From: Halocafeteria seosinensis
Taxonomy: Eukaryota
NCBI GenBank assembly: GCA_001687465.1
Contig: LVLI01000376.1
Span: 1-35,096 of the forward strand
Direction of reading: 5' to 3'
DNA length: 35,096 nt
Part shown: in pieces, positions 13,701-25,468 of the stretch
Layout: each line of letters opens with the position of its first letter
How positions within the stretch are numbered: position 1 is the first letter of the stretch
Notes under the pieces: generated by a model
The model's input: only the letters and a program-made list of their open reading frames with translations
Told to the model about the DNA's origin: nothing
Database searches by the model: none
Translations under genes and position numbers: made by a program

Positions 13701-14623
13701 AGAAAACTAAGGCCCAACTCTTTGCTGAGCGACACTGACGGAAGCCAGCATAATCTCTCTCCGCGCAATGCCAAACAAAGGTCCTGAGTGAACAGCAACA
13801 CTGGTTCCTGAACAAGGCCCGGGTTTTCGTTAGCATTGCCGGATGGTGATGAGGCCTGATCAATCATTTGTTGGAGTACCTGCTCATGCACACAATTCAA
13901 ATCAGTCCGGTGTTATTCAGCTAGAGTGCACCAAGCAATCTAAACTCACATTCCGAAGTGTGGCCTCAGCGGTATTCCGGATGGTAGCGGTTCCCTCTTC
14001 CAGTAAACATAGGCATCCTGTGTAGATTTCTTTCGCAAAGCGGTTCCATAAGCTCCTGGATGTTCCCGAAGTCTCCAAGAAGCAGTTCAAGAACAGTGGA
14101 ATTAACTGAAGAAATTTAACTTTGGTTTCTGTATCACCGGTTTCAACCTGTACGGCAGCGTTTGGTGGCCAAATTCGACCCCCAGTATCGTATTGACAAC
14201 GACAACAAGTTCACGTACTCGTTTTTGTATCGACGTGAATACATCAAACGTGTCTTCTGGTTGGAGAGCCGCACCAGAAATTAAAGGCTGAAGATGGGTT
14301 AAAGTTCTCGTCAATAACTGTTTTGGGCTCTTCTTCTGCCTCCACAGTATGGTATAAGGCCGCGAGATCACGTGACTATTCTCCCGTAAAATAGCTATTT
14401 CATTCTCTCTGAGTGTAACATAACCCTCTCCACCATTCTCAGAGGATCTTCCATCTATGTGCTTTTTAATAGTTTCCAAGGCCGGTGCAACTGAATCTCG
14501 GACCGTCGGAAAAGCCTTCTTCGTCTCGGCATTCACCTCCTGTAAACCCTCAAGGCAGCTATCCAACAATGAATGATGCCGAGCCATTGCATTGTAGTTG
14601 GTGGTGCCCCGTTTGCTCTGCAT
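7706..14623 (-). CDS. MON2: MON2 (large Sec7-family-related Golgi/endosome scaffold), 3 exons, ~2250 aa
   Basis: Exons 14623 (or 14587)-14219, 14147-13950 and 13879-7706 join in frame. The N-terminus is DCB-like (LEGLQEVNAETKKAFPTVRD; LQPLISGAAL; IRNTAEATLR). MON2 C-terminal motifs LNLSLTATGLLWTLAD, EVRNSALQGLF and IHHSIDSESKRW are present. Confidence 0.88.
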
Positions 14624-14901
14624 TTCCCCACACAAGCAAAGGAAGCAGTGGCTAAAACCCGAGCCACAGAAAGACAATATACAGATAAACCCTCCTAATA
14701 GCTACCCATACAAAGCTCTTTCTCATGTCTATTCACGTCATTCATCCATCAGTAATGAACATGCGTAACCTGACGAAAAGTTTGCTGTGTATTGTATAGG
14801 ATTGCTCGGCTAAGATAGAGAGTGGACTAGAGTGCATTGATTGATCTTTTTATAAACAAGCTGTGGGGGGAGATTGTGCTAGTGGCTCCTGTGCACTCAT
14901 A

Positions 14902-17900
14902 ATGCGGTTTGTGGAAGGGGTTGTGGAGGTTATCATTCGCAAACCCCGGCTGTCGACGGCCCGGAAAGAAGAGGAGGAGAATGAGCAAGATAGCAGACCG
15001 CAGATTGTCTGGTCCGTGTACAGTCCACCAGGCCCTCGGAAGGACACGAAAGACTCCGTTCGACGCAGAAGGGGATCGTACACGTCTGAGATCAAGGGAG
15101 AGCAACATGAAGAGAACGCCTTCCCTCTCCAGCCTGAAGTGCTGGAGAAGGGAATTCGCCAATGCGTGTTTACAGCCCTAGACTACGTCAAGGATGACAT
15201 TATTTTGTCTGGGGGAGAGGCCGTCACGCCGCCCATGTTCACATGCTGCGTTGCGTCCAAAGCCGGAGATAAGTCCTGCCGGCGCTATGCTTTCTGCAAA
15301 GTGCACTTTGGATCGTCACGACGAGGTGATGGCTCAGAGGGACCGAATACGATGAGCTGTATTCTTCTCATCTCTACATAGTAAGTATTACTCGTTGGCG
15401 AAGTAATGTGGAGCGAACAAAGACTTTGTACCACCCCGTACGTTGTGTCGCAGCCCGTTGGACAATGCCATGGCACCTTTATTACAGGACATGGTCTCAA
15501 CTTATTCAGAAGACTACGACAGATTCCAGAACGCTGCGCAGGCACTCGTCAACGATAGAACCGTGGATAAAGCAGGCGTTTTTCGAGGAACCAATAGTTT
15601 TCCAACTCATACGTGCTTTTCACCGTTGCTCGCCAGTCGATCTTCTCAAGGTGTACGTACCGTCGCAATTGTGCTCTTTCCTCCCTAGGCTGTAGTTCAC
15701 TTGTCCTTGAACGAATACAGGCGTCTCTGATTCCCTTGTTGCAATGCTTTGATTCAAGGGGCCTCGTGCTTTTGTTCACTGCCTGCCTTACGGAACGACG
15801 TGTCATCTTCTGTTCTCACCACGTCCCAACTTTAACGAGCTGCATGATGTCGGTGTTTGAACTTATATATCCATTCGTTTGGCCGCACATATTTGTTCCA
15901 ATCATGTCAGACTCTCAATTAGAGCATATTTGTGCGCCTAGCCCTTACTTGATTGGGTTGTTGCCTTACCAACTCGCTCAAGCGATGGATACTCTAGGCA
16001 GCGCGGCGGGAGATTTGATCATCGTTTGGCTAGATATGGGATACATCGTGTCCCCTGGACGATCGCGTCCATTACCTGACCTGACGGAGAGTTTTGGTGC
16101 TCCGGGCACATATGATGGCCAAGTACAGTGGCACCTGTCACGTGAGTCTCCTCCGCAAACTCTACTGTGGAAAGAGGATAAAATGCTATCTTTGTCAGAG
16201 GAAGTCCGGAAAGCGTACTCTAAGAACGGCTATAGTGGCAAAGGTAGAATACGAGTGATTGAGGAGATTCATCGGAACATAAAGAAGAAGCATTCCAAAG
16301 TTGTAACATCCAACAGCCACAGCAACCCTGTAATTTTACTGCTTCACTGTTTCATGTTCTTCAAAGCTTCGTTCGCCCCTCGCTCGGGTACACAGAAGGC
16401 TGGTGATGATGATGATCTCCCATGGAGCTCCGAAAACGATATTGAAGAAGCATTTGGAAGCAATGGGGCTGCCGTACCCACGAGTACAGGAGAGCGAGAA
16501 CCTGACTTAAAGGAGGCTACTGGAAATATGTACTTCAACATGTTCACCTATCTATCTACCCTGAGACATAACGCTCCCGCCACACGGTCATCTATATCAA
16601 GCAAACTGTCGCAACAGTTTAAGCAAACTATGCAAGCAGGAAAGCGGTTCAAATACAGGATCCAAACATCTTCATTGGCTAACAGACTCGCTAAAGAGAA
16701 GGCCAGCCTTGCCAATACGCGTAAGAGCCTGGTCAATGTGACAGCTGGTGAAGTGGACGATCAATTATGGGGCAAAGTTGTACATGATAGTTTGCGATCC
16801 GGTGAATCGCCTGGTCTGCGCCTGTATCGGGAGCTAGACCGTGCCTATGAAGACAGTGAAAAGAGGGGTTGGCTGGAGAGTCTTGAACAGAGTGTACGGT
16901 CCGCCTTGTTAGCGTTCAATTGTATCACCTTCGGTAAAACTCTTGCGTTTGTTCAGTTCCCAGGAGAAGGCGATGCGAACGAGGAAGCATTTATGTGCCG
17001 TCTAGACAAGTCAACATTCCTCTCTCAGTGCTCTTCTCACATAGCCTCTTTTCTCAATGAGGCGTTGGATAGCCAAATGGTCCTTGAATTTGCGGTGCTA
17101 GAAAGGGAATACGAGACTTACATTGAGGAAGGTGGTGCCAATGCTATTCCTGTGTTGGATTCATTTTCCTTGTGGAACTTGCTTTATCACAGGATATCTC
17201 TAAAAGAAAAACGAATACCGACTCCCGCCAGTGTTTTCGATATTTTCCAGCTTAATTCGGCTAGACGATTACCAGAGCACTCTACTTTCGGTACACTAAT
17301 GCGTTCCGTTAAATCCCACTTGGAGCAACTTCTGCAGGCATGGTATCATCTGAGTACTCAGCTAACCAGCCGTAGTATTATATATACATTGGAGGACGAA
17401 ACCGACCGACAAGATGTCTGCAGATGTCTATTGGAAACTTCTCTCGATTGGTATAAAGACTCCGGTATAGCACGAATAGCGGGTATCGGCTCGAAAGGGA
17501 TGCGCACGATCAAGCATCAGGATGATCAGACCGACAATGTTCAGCATATGCTCCACGAAAACTACAGTATTTGCTTTTTATCATCCGTTTCCGATCCAGA
17601 GATAGAATTAGCTCGGTCATTGAGAACATGCTTGGGATTCCGCAGAATGCAACCTGGGTACTGGAGAACGATTTGTCAATGGGCAGTTTCGTTTTCTTGT
17701 TTTGCACACTACTGCGATGGAATCGTGGCAGCTATTATGGCGGATCTGGTACCCGTTGTATTTGGGACTCCTTACACAGCTGAAATGCTAACAGATGAAA
17801 ATACCATGTCGATAATAGCGGCTGTCCGCGCACTCAATCTTGCCCATGTTTTGCTGGTGCACGGTCCACCGAGAGTGGTAGAACTGCTGTCAAATGTGGT

Positions 17901-18636
17901 TCCGCTACTCCCACCTCTATATAATGCAAGTAATGAGGACCTGCTACATGCTGTAAAAGCGACCCTTGAAATGATAAGGTCTTCAGAAACTGCGAGAAGT
18001 GGTGTGATCTTTCATTATCTGATGCAGGAAGGCAACGTACGGGAGGATGAAGACTTAAATATCTTCCATAAGCTAAAGCGCGAAGGCAATGAAGCTAGAG
18101 TTCTCCATTTGGGACTTAAACGCGACCCTCAATCCCAGAAAGCGGGATCAGCTACCATTTACGATAAAGCCCAGTACGTTGGTGGTGTTCCATTGCCTCA
18201 AGCAGCGTTTTCTTTCCCTCATGAGAACGACGACGACGTGGAGCACGATGACTACAAGCAAGAACTTATTCTTGAGCTTCAGAGTTGGGCAACACGGATA
18301 GCGCATCTGATAAAACACCCGGCAATGCTCGCGCGGGAGAGCGAGTTATACCAATACTTATTGATCCCGTATAGCAGGAAGACCACACAATCGCACGTAG
18401 CAAAGGCGAGTAGCCCCGAACCCAATGAGTCAAACTTGCAGGAGGAGTCTCCCGTTTTGACGAGGCTACACGAGCGTCTGCGGAACGTAGTTCCACCATC
18501 AACCGGATCACATAGCGGCATGGTGGCACAGCCAACACAAACTGCAAAGGGAGCACATCAGCACAATCGGAATGACAGTTTCGATATCCTCGGCGTAGGT
18601 CCGGGCGAAAGCGATTTCGACTTATTCGCCAGCTGA
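14902..18636 (+). CDS. DENN-domain Rab GEF with ENTH-like C-terminal region, ~1197 aa
   Basis: Exons 14902-15380, 15454-15652 and 15721-18636 join in frame; a further in-frame intron near 16300-16365 is possible. Core cDENN motif: LFTACLTERRVIFCS..LIYPFVWPHIFVPIM..HICAPSPYLIGL. Exon 1 has uDENN-like sequence (RRYAFC, CILLIS). Confidence 0.9.
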
Positions 18637-20307
18637 TTTTTTCTCGCTTAACAAGACTTTCGTATTGTGGTAATACTCCATCATGGGGTTGTAACCTGTC
18701 AGAGTCTTCGTCATTTGTATCCACTTGGGCGCGCTTTTTGTCAAGAAATCTCCTGTGTCTGCTATCTGCAACCGGCAAGGAGACCACAGTAGTTGGAGCA
18801 GAGCCAGGATGATTGGCAATTGAACTTACAGTAGCAGTTCTATCAAATTGCTTCTCTAAAAGCCATTTCATTCCAGTAAAGTCTACGGGAAAGAAGATAT
18901 CCGCAACGCCAAATGGACGAGGGGATAAGTAATTTACGTGATCCACAGTGTCATCTGGAGCGAACATAGCGAATCATAGCACCTACAGCAAAATAGGAGC
19001 TAGCCAAATTCTCTTACGAGTTGCTTCATTTTTACTGGAAACAATGGGTTCGTTTAGGGCTTCTGTATAATCATCCACTGTATTGTCATGCTGCGCTCGA
19101 GGGAGTCCTCCGGGTGACGGAAGCATGTCAAAGTCGTTGGCTATGAGTGTATGTTGAGGAAACATGCGATGTAGAGAGTCTAGTAAGGAAATGGCGCCGG
19201 TTGGAACGAAAATCGATTTTGCCTTGCTTAAATCTTCTCTCTCAACTTGGTCCTTCAATGACTCATTGCGTTCAGGGAAGAAGAAATGGCGGATGCTAGA
19301 TAGCAGCGCGTTCCCATACGAGCCGAGAGTCTCGGCAGCGTGTGCATCATCTCGGTTGGACGATTGCCGTGCTTCCCGAGATTTGAGTACTACATCGAGA
19401 GCTCGTGCAATGAGATCGTCTTGAAGAGGTCTATAAACTTCATGCAGCGTCATGCTTCCATCCGTCTCGTTCTGTGCTACTCCGCGTTTCTTTGATAGCT
19501 CATCATTTATTACTTCTTGGAATTTTCTCTTCTGGTTTGGTAACGCGTTGGGACTAGAATCTATCCATGTTTCGTACCATTCATCTTGTAAGTCCTTAGT
19601 GGTCTTTCGTACGACTGATGCACATGGAACCGCAAGAAAAGAGGCCATGATTTTTCAACGAGCCACCAATGCCCGCGTCCATACGTACCTTTATCATGTG
19701 GGAGATTATCAAAAACTTCCAATGCTAATACAAAGCATTTCTCGTCTGTAGCGATGTCTTGCAGCCGCTGGTGTTCAGTCTCACTTCCCCGTTGCTGTCG
19801 ATCTATACCCAATAATTGAGCATCGGCGTTGATACATTGATGAACGCTTCCATGTTTGCGCTGTAATAACTTCCTCTGTTTGTCTGCCAAGAAGGGGCTG
19901 ATTTCGATCGTGGTGTATTTGAGTTTCTCATACAGTCTCGGTCTATACTGCTGGATGAAGTTACAAATGTGCAATGCATTCGTCCCATTCCCGGCTCCGA
20001 GTTCATAAATTCTCAAGGGTTGAGCACTATCATGTCGAGCCAAGATGGATTCCGCTAAGGCATACGAGTACCAGGGAGCAAATAACTCGACGGGGGTCAG
20101 CCATGATCCCTGTGGGGTTACGGAATTATTTTGGTACAGCCGCTGCACCTTGGCTTCGAACTCGCGTTTGCCTAAAATATCATCAAACCGCAGTAAAGAG
20201 CCCTGGGAGGCTGCTGTAGTGGTGTCCAAGATGACAGGTTTGTTCATGAAATACCCCGTGCCGGGTTTATACAGAGCTTTCTGAATAAACTCTCTTGTTT
20301 TGATCAT
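18622..20307 (-). CDS. MidA/NDUFAF7-family SAM-dependent methyltransferase, 4 exons, ~494 aa
   Basis: Exons 20307-19689, 19614-19018, 18954-18830 and 18765-18622 join in frame. Motifs: REFIQKALYKPGTGYF, TPVELFAPWY, IYELGAGNGTNA (SAM motif I), LEVFDNLPHD, ADIFFPVDF and GYNPMM. These resemble the plant/fungal MidA-like paralog more than canonical NDUFAF7. Confidence 0.88.
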
Positions 20308-20348
20308 CCTTTATGAATGTATGTCTCTATCTACCTGCGAATGAATGA

Positions 20349-22502
20349 ATGGACCATGTAGAACACACAATGGGCGACAGCAACAACAATCCGAAGGACC
20401 ATGGAACTCTCCGGGCCATGTTGGACAAGCAGGAGCAAGCCATACAACAGATTCAATTGTTGCTGGACGAGACAAGACAGAGACACCATGCCATCAAACG
20501 CGCGGTATTATCTTGGTCACCGTCGTCGCCCAGCGAGAGAGAGGGAGGAAGAGGAAGCCATGGAGGAATTGCCCAGTTCCAGACTGCCACTAGTTCCAGC
20601 GGAATTGCCCCCAGGACACAAACAGTGTCTGTAGCAAGTACAGCCTCAACGTCAAGATCACTGACGACGACGACGTCGATGATGTTGGCGGTGGCGAAAG
20701 CAGGTAGTCCCGAGAGGAGCACCACCAGAAACAGAAGTGACGCAAAGCGAAACCGGGCTACTGAAGAGACACAAAACACGAATGGCAATGGACGAGAGAA
20801 GGTGGCCCGACAAAACGTTCTGCAAGATTTCCCTCCCTCAGCGACCACTTCGTCTCAGAAAAATCAAGAAGATACGCTGTCTGCAGTTGAGCAAACACTT
20901 CAAAGATTGCCTGCCACGCTGGAGGGCTTAAAATCGTCCCAGATTCCGTCGGGTGAAGACAATGAGGAGATACGAGAGTGTTTTCAGGACGAACTGGCTC
21001 GGTCATACTTGTTTCTTTATTTGAATAAAGCTGGAGGTGATGAAAATAGTGTACGTACTGAAATCCACCAGCTGAAACAATGGACTGTGGACCTGGCCAG
21101 AAAATTGACGGAGCCACTACAAGAAGAATTCTCAAGAGTGATGCGATCGAAGTCGTCCGTCCATACGGCAGCTACAGCGATCCGTGACCTAATTATTGAA
21201 AACATGCCCGAGGATTCGGAGCTGCAGAGCGTGGTATCAAACGTAATTGGCCTTTGCCTCTCCCAGTGGGTAGTAACCAATGAGTACTCCCCTAAGACAT
21301 ACGCTGCTATTGCCCGCGCAATTATTAGCACAGAAGACGAATTCATGGAAAAAGTTGGAAAAGTGTACGTGCAATCCCTGTCCATTACTGCAGTATTATT
21401 TACGCTGCCAAAGAATGAAGCATTCGTAGTTGCACGGAGAGCTGGCAATGGTGCTCTCGTTAAGGCTTTGGATGCCATTTCTTCATTGAATGGTCACAAG
21501 AAGTGCTTCGATGCGGTGGCACGGGCCTTTGAACGGGGTTCTCCGGCTTTAAGACGAACAATAACGGAACTGTTTCTCAAGAATCTACCTAAGAAAATGT
21601 TGGAAGAGTCTGGGTTTTGCGGGTGTCCACAGGGCGTCGGTACAGGAACTCCTGAAGAAACCATTGAAGGCATACTCAAAGGCGATAAGAAGGCAGAAAT
21701 GACACTGTCCATTGCTTCAAACTTCGCAGATAAAGGTGTCAAGGAAAGGGTGAAGAAAATAGAGGAAATTATTCACTCAATCATCGACAAACTTTGCTCT
21801 ATGGAAGCACCCAATTCCACATCGTGTGAGCTCAATGAGGCGCTCGTACACGCTCTGGTCACACATCTACCTCCTATTGACGTGTATTACAACATCGTAA
21901 AGGGAAAACTATGGCATCACTTCCAAAAACTATGTAACGAAGCAAGCCTTTCAACCCTAGGTACCGAGGAGAGGCAACAATTCAGGCTATGTACATCAAT
22001 GATGAAGGCAACTCTTTCGTCTCTACTTCAAGCTTCCCGACAGCCAAGAGAGATTGCAATAGCCTTGAAAGCCATGGTGAATGTATGCTCGATACTTCAC
22101 GATATGCTTCGAAGGAACACGAGCGTCAGTGACCGTCAAAACACTGGTACCATGTTCCATATGGATTTCTCTATGCAGCTTGCCTGCGCAGATTGTATTA
22201 TCAGCTGCTGGGCATCAATAAAGACGCACCTATCTGCTGTGTCCCTTATAGTTACATCAATGGGGTATCAACCAGCAGCAGGCAAACTTGAAAAGCCTGT
22301 ATCCTGGCATCCGAAAGACCCCGATGTGAAACTAGTTGGAAGTAGCTACAAGGGCATACGGTATGCCGTCTGGAGTGTCGTCGACTGGAGGAGGCAATTG
22401 GATAGAGAAAAGATCCTGGATCTCCCGAGGCATTTATTGCTAGCTAGTCCTACCCCAGAGAAAGATGAACTCCAGGAACGATCCAAAGAAGTAACCTTGT
22501 GA
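20349..22502 (+). CDS. Uncharacterised 717-aa protein (N-terminal coiled coil, disordered linker, helical C-terminal domain; possibly ICE1-C-like)
   Basis: Long uninterrupted ATG-initiated ORF that fills the gap between two confidently identified genes. Function is not securely recognised. Confidence 0.75.
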   Translation: MDHVEHTMGDSNNNPKDHGTLRAMLDKQEQAIQQIQLLLDETRQRHHAIKRAVLSWSPSSPSEREGGRGSHGGIAQFQTATSSSGIAPRTQTVSVASTASTSRSLTTTTSMMLAVAKAGSPERSTTRNRSDAKRNRATEETQNTNGNGREKVARQNVLQDFPPSATTSSQKNQEDTLSAVEQTLQRLPATLEGLKSSQIPSGEDNEEIRECFQDELARSYLFLYLNKAGGDENSVRTEIHQLKQWTVDLARKLTEPLQEEFSRVMRSKSSVHTAATAIRDLIIENMPEDSELQSVVSNVIGLCLSQWVVTNEYSPKTYAAIARAIISTEDEFMEKVGKVYVQSLSITAVLFTLPKNEAFVVARRAGNGALVKALDAISSLNGHKKCFDAVARAFERGSPALRRTITELFLKNLPKKMLEESGFCGCPQGVGTGTPEETIEGILKGDKKAEMTLSIASNFADKGVKERVKKIEEIIHSIIDKLCSMEAPNSTSCELNEALVHALVTHLPPIDVYYNIVKGKLWHHFQKLCNEASLSTLGTEERQQFRLCTSMMKATLSSLLQASRQPREIAIALKAMVNVCSILHDMLRRNTSVSDRQNTGTMFHMDFSMQLACADCIISCWASIKTHLSAVSLIVTSMGYQPAAGKLEKPVSWHPKDPDVKLVGSSYKGIRYAVWSVVDWRRQLDREKILDLPRHLLLASPTPEKDELQERSKEVTL

Positions 22503-22511
22503 CTTTGCCGT

Positions 22512-24965
22512 TCACTGAAAGATCTTCAACGTGTCTTCGAGAAGCCGCTGCTCTTGCAACCATTCCTTCAGTTGCTGCAATGCTTCATCTTCCACACTGC
22601 GCTCCCGTTCGACTTTTTCATCATCGCTTACATATAGTTCCAATGGGACGCAGGCATTCGCGGTGAGCCAATCTGGTGGAGACTCGTCATCGCGTTGTCC
22701 CGAACTTACTGACGAATCGTCAGTAAACGACCGGTAACGCTTGTTTTGGGACACCCGTTCAGCAACATGGGGAACAAAAGCGTTGGTTTCGTCGTCTTCG
22801 TCATTATCCTCCGTCGTTTCTCTCGACGAGTGCAACCAAGAGATAGCTGCAGTAAACGTTGTCAGGGAATACTCCTCGCGACCTGCAATGTTGTCCATGT
22901 CAATACCGTAAGCCTTCATATAGGCGATACATAAATGAGGGCATCTGAGTCTGCTGCGTGATACTATAGCAGCCAACAGGGGTACCATATCTTCTCCTGT
23001 TAAGTTCGTGTCACCACCTCGTGAGGAGATTTCTTGGATACCCATGTCCACCGCGGTTGTTAAACAGGAAAGCATTTTCTTAGGCGAATAATGCAGCGGC
23101 AAGGCTGTCAGCAGAGTGGCCGCCGACTTGAATACATGCGAATCATTTAGTTGCGAATCATCTATTAGGCGTCTTTCAATCCCTAGTGACCTCAACGGTT
23201 CATCATGCAGACGGCTTAACTTGTCTTTCCACGCTTGATCCAGTAAGGAGAGGCTATCATTATATTTCACGACAGTGACTTTGTTACTATCCTTATTCGT
23301 GCGCAAGCGACCCTCCCCAAAACACATGCTATGTAACCTAGACCATAACATCTCCGTCGTTAGAGTCTCTAAGTCGTTTTCAGATGATTGAGAGGCATCC
23401 GTTAATACTGCTCTCCGTAGCTCCTTTGCGTACCACCTCATGAACGCTTTCAGAATACGAGGTCTCGGGACCGTTATTGGGCATATCTCGTCTGATTCTT
23501 CATGCACAACATTAAATAGGCGAGCGTTAGATTCGTCAAGGTTACTAGATGAAACAGCATCTAAGTGTTTGAAATACTTCAGGAGAAATACGCTAACGTC
23601 GAAGCCGAAGAGACGTCGGCACCACTTGTACAATATCCGGCCTTCTCGATGTCTCTGATCCTCAATTATACCATTAAGCTGTGTCTGCAAAGTATAAGAT
23701 CGCTGATGCATCGATGCCATCCTGTTGAAATGCGACGTATCTATCTGCCAGCAAGGATTCACTGTGTGGGAGGTGCTCAATTTCCATTCGACATTCGTAG
23801 GGGCTCCAAATGCAAGATAAAAAGTTTCCGATGGGAAACGAATGGGGTTCTTGAAATGCAGGACAAACGGTAAATTGACTGAACTAAAGTCAAGCCGGAA
23901 TTTGTATTCATAGCGACCCTCCTCGTTCTGTGGTGCGTGTTCCGCTTGTTCGGAAAACTCTGGTTTCGAGACCTCCAATAATAACTGCCCTGCCCAATAC
24001 AACATTGCCTCCTTCCTCTTTTTTTGTCTGGTGGAGCTACTATCACTACGCTTCGGCTCAAACTCATCAAAGAATGTCTTCCGTTCTGAACGTAATTCAC
24101 TGAAACTAGCCAAGACTGTGAGGATATGCTTCTTCCTATCTTTGGGAGAGTGCAGTCTTAACTCGGGGACGAGGCCCGCAATCGAATCATGTACCTCTTG
24201 GAGTTCACTTTCCAGAATTTCTACTTTCTTCTCCTGCTTCTCGATCTTAGACGAAGTTGCCAAGAGCTTTCCAGGATCCACTAGAGGAGTTTGTCGCATG
24301 AGACATTCCATCATGCTGTCCATCGAACCTTGTTCCAGGGCACTCTCTATACTCATAATTTCTTCTTCCGTTTCTATTCTATGGCGCAATAAAAGATCAC
24401 TTTTTTCGCTAAACATCTTTAGCTTGGCCATACAAACTTTTAAGGACAGTAAGCCACGCCGTTCAAACAGATGACGAAACTTGCCTAGCCCATACGTGAA
24501 CAGCTGCTTTAATCGATACACAGCGTCGTTCTTCGTTTGTGGCAAAGTTTTGTTCTCATATTCATCCAACTGTTCGCAGATACTTTGGTGATATTTGTAA
24601 ATCTTACTTTTCTGTCCTTTGAAGTTCTTCAATCGAGACTTGAGCCTACTCTTCGCTTCCTTTTGCGACAACCCCACCAAATGTGATCCGGAGTTCCTCT
24701 TGAACTGAGACGAAATCGCGGCCGGTCGTCTCCGCGGCATCTCACTATCATCTGTGCTCTTTGTTTCCCCATTACTATGCGCACTTCGCTCACTACCTGT
24801 CTCGTTGACCCCTGTGCAGTCATGCAGATTGTTTCCTCGGGATGGACTGCTCCTGGTGGTCGAGTCAGAGAAAACAGAACTGTTGGTAGCTACCGAAGAA
24901 ACACCACTCCCACTATCGCCACGCTGTCGTAATTTGCGACTAAGTCGCCCTGTGAGGGATTTCAT
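22512..24965 (-). CDS. VPS9-domain Rab5-family GEF, ~817 aa
   Basis: The first in-frame ATG is at 24965. The C-terminal VPS9 domain (about 22830-23140) reads SPKKMLSCL, LTGEDMVPLLAAIV (catalytic Asp in the ADD-like position) and GREEYSLTTFTAAISWL. Confidence 0.88.
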   Translation of the reverse strand: MKSLTGRLSRKLRQRGDSGSGVSSVATNSSVFSDSTTRSSPSRGNNLHDCTGVNETGSERSAHSNGETKSTDDSEMPRRRPAAISSQFKRNSGSHLVGLSQKEAKSRLKSRLKNFKGQKSKIYKYHQSICEQLDEYENKTLPQTKNDAVYRLKQLFTYGLGKFRHLFERRGLLSLKVCMAKLKMFSEKSDLLLRHRIETEEEIMSIESALEQGSMDSMMECLMRQTPLVDPGKLLATSSKIEKQEKKVEILESELQEVHDSIAGLVPELRLHSPKDRKKHILTVLASFSELRSERKTFFDEFEPKRSDSSSTRQKKRKEAMLYWAGQLLLEVSKPEFSEQAEHAPQNEEGRYEYKFRLDFSSVNLPFVLHFKNPIRFPSETFYLAFGAPTNVEWKLSTSHTVNPCWQIDTSHFNRMASMHQRSYTLQTQLNGIIEDQRHREGRILYKWCRRLFGFDVSVFLLKYFKHLDAVSSSNLDESNARLFNVVHEESDEICPITVPRPRILKAFMRWYAKELRRAVLTDASQSSENDLETLTTEMLWSRLHSMCFGEGRLRTNKDSNKVTVVKYNDSLSLLDQAWKDKLSRLHDEPLRSLGIERRLIDDSQLNDSHVFKSAATLLTALPLHYSPKKMLSCLTTAVDMGIQEISSRGGDTNLTGEDMVPLLAAIVSRSRLRCPHLCIAYMKAYGIDMDNIAGREEYSLTTFTAAISWLHSSRETTEDNDEDDETNAFVPHVAERVSQNKRYRSFTDDSSVSSGQRDDESPPDWLTANACVPLELYVSDDEKVERERSVEDEALQQLKEWLQEQRLLEDTLKIFQ

Positions 24966-25468
24966 GATTAAGTAGATTCCTGTGTTTTGGTACCAACAAC
25001 TTGAAGCTCTCCAACTGAAGTTCCTCCCACAATTCACACGCTCTGCATTCTCAGTACTCGGGGTATAGGAACCGATACATGACACAGACGATTGTCCGAA
25101 CTGCGCTTGTCCCCTTTTTTTTTCCAATCAAAATTGCACCTTCTGCGCCATCAGAAGCGCATTAAACTTCAGACTGTCTCATCTTTGCTTCTCTTCCACT
25201 TCTTCGGGTAAGCTAATTGCACGCATCTACCCACCGAAATTGCACTTGACCACGTCCGCAAGCACTCTTCTAGCCAAACTGCCAGAAAACGAGTGAGAAA
25301 ACAGTGGATTTTTCGCATAATGGGTCGGTCTCCCGCAAAGTGTCGCCCCACATCAAGACCCAGTAAAGATTGCTGTGTCTGAAACTTCAACCAGAGGTCC
25401 CAGTTATAGCCCTGGGGAATAGGATTGACGAGCAGAGTGACAGAATCCTGATAGGAGATATAACTGTC

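Noticed and set aside
8313..13863. Numerous short ORFs overlapping MON2 (and similar ones inside other long genes)
   Set aside because: Antisense or alternate-frame shadows of long CDSs with no independent evidence.
18266..18967. 233-aa minus ORF as the methyltransferase C-terminus
   Set aside because: Intron 18829-18766 shifts to the frame carrying the conserved GYNP motif. The rest of this ORF is antisense to DENN.
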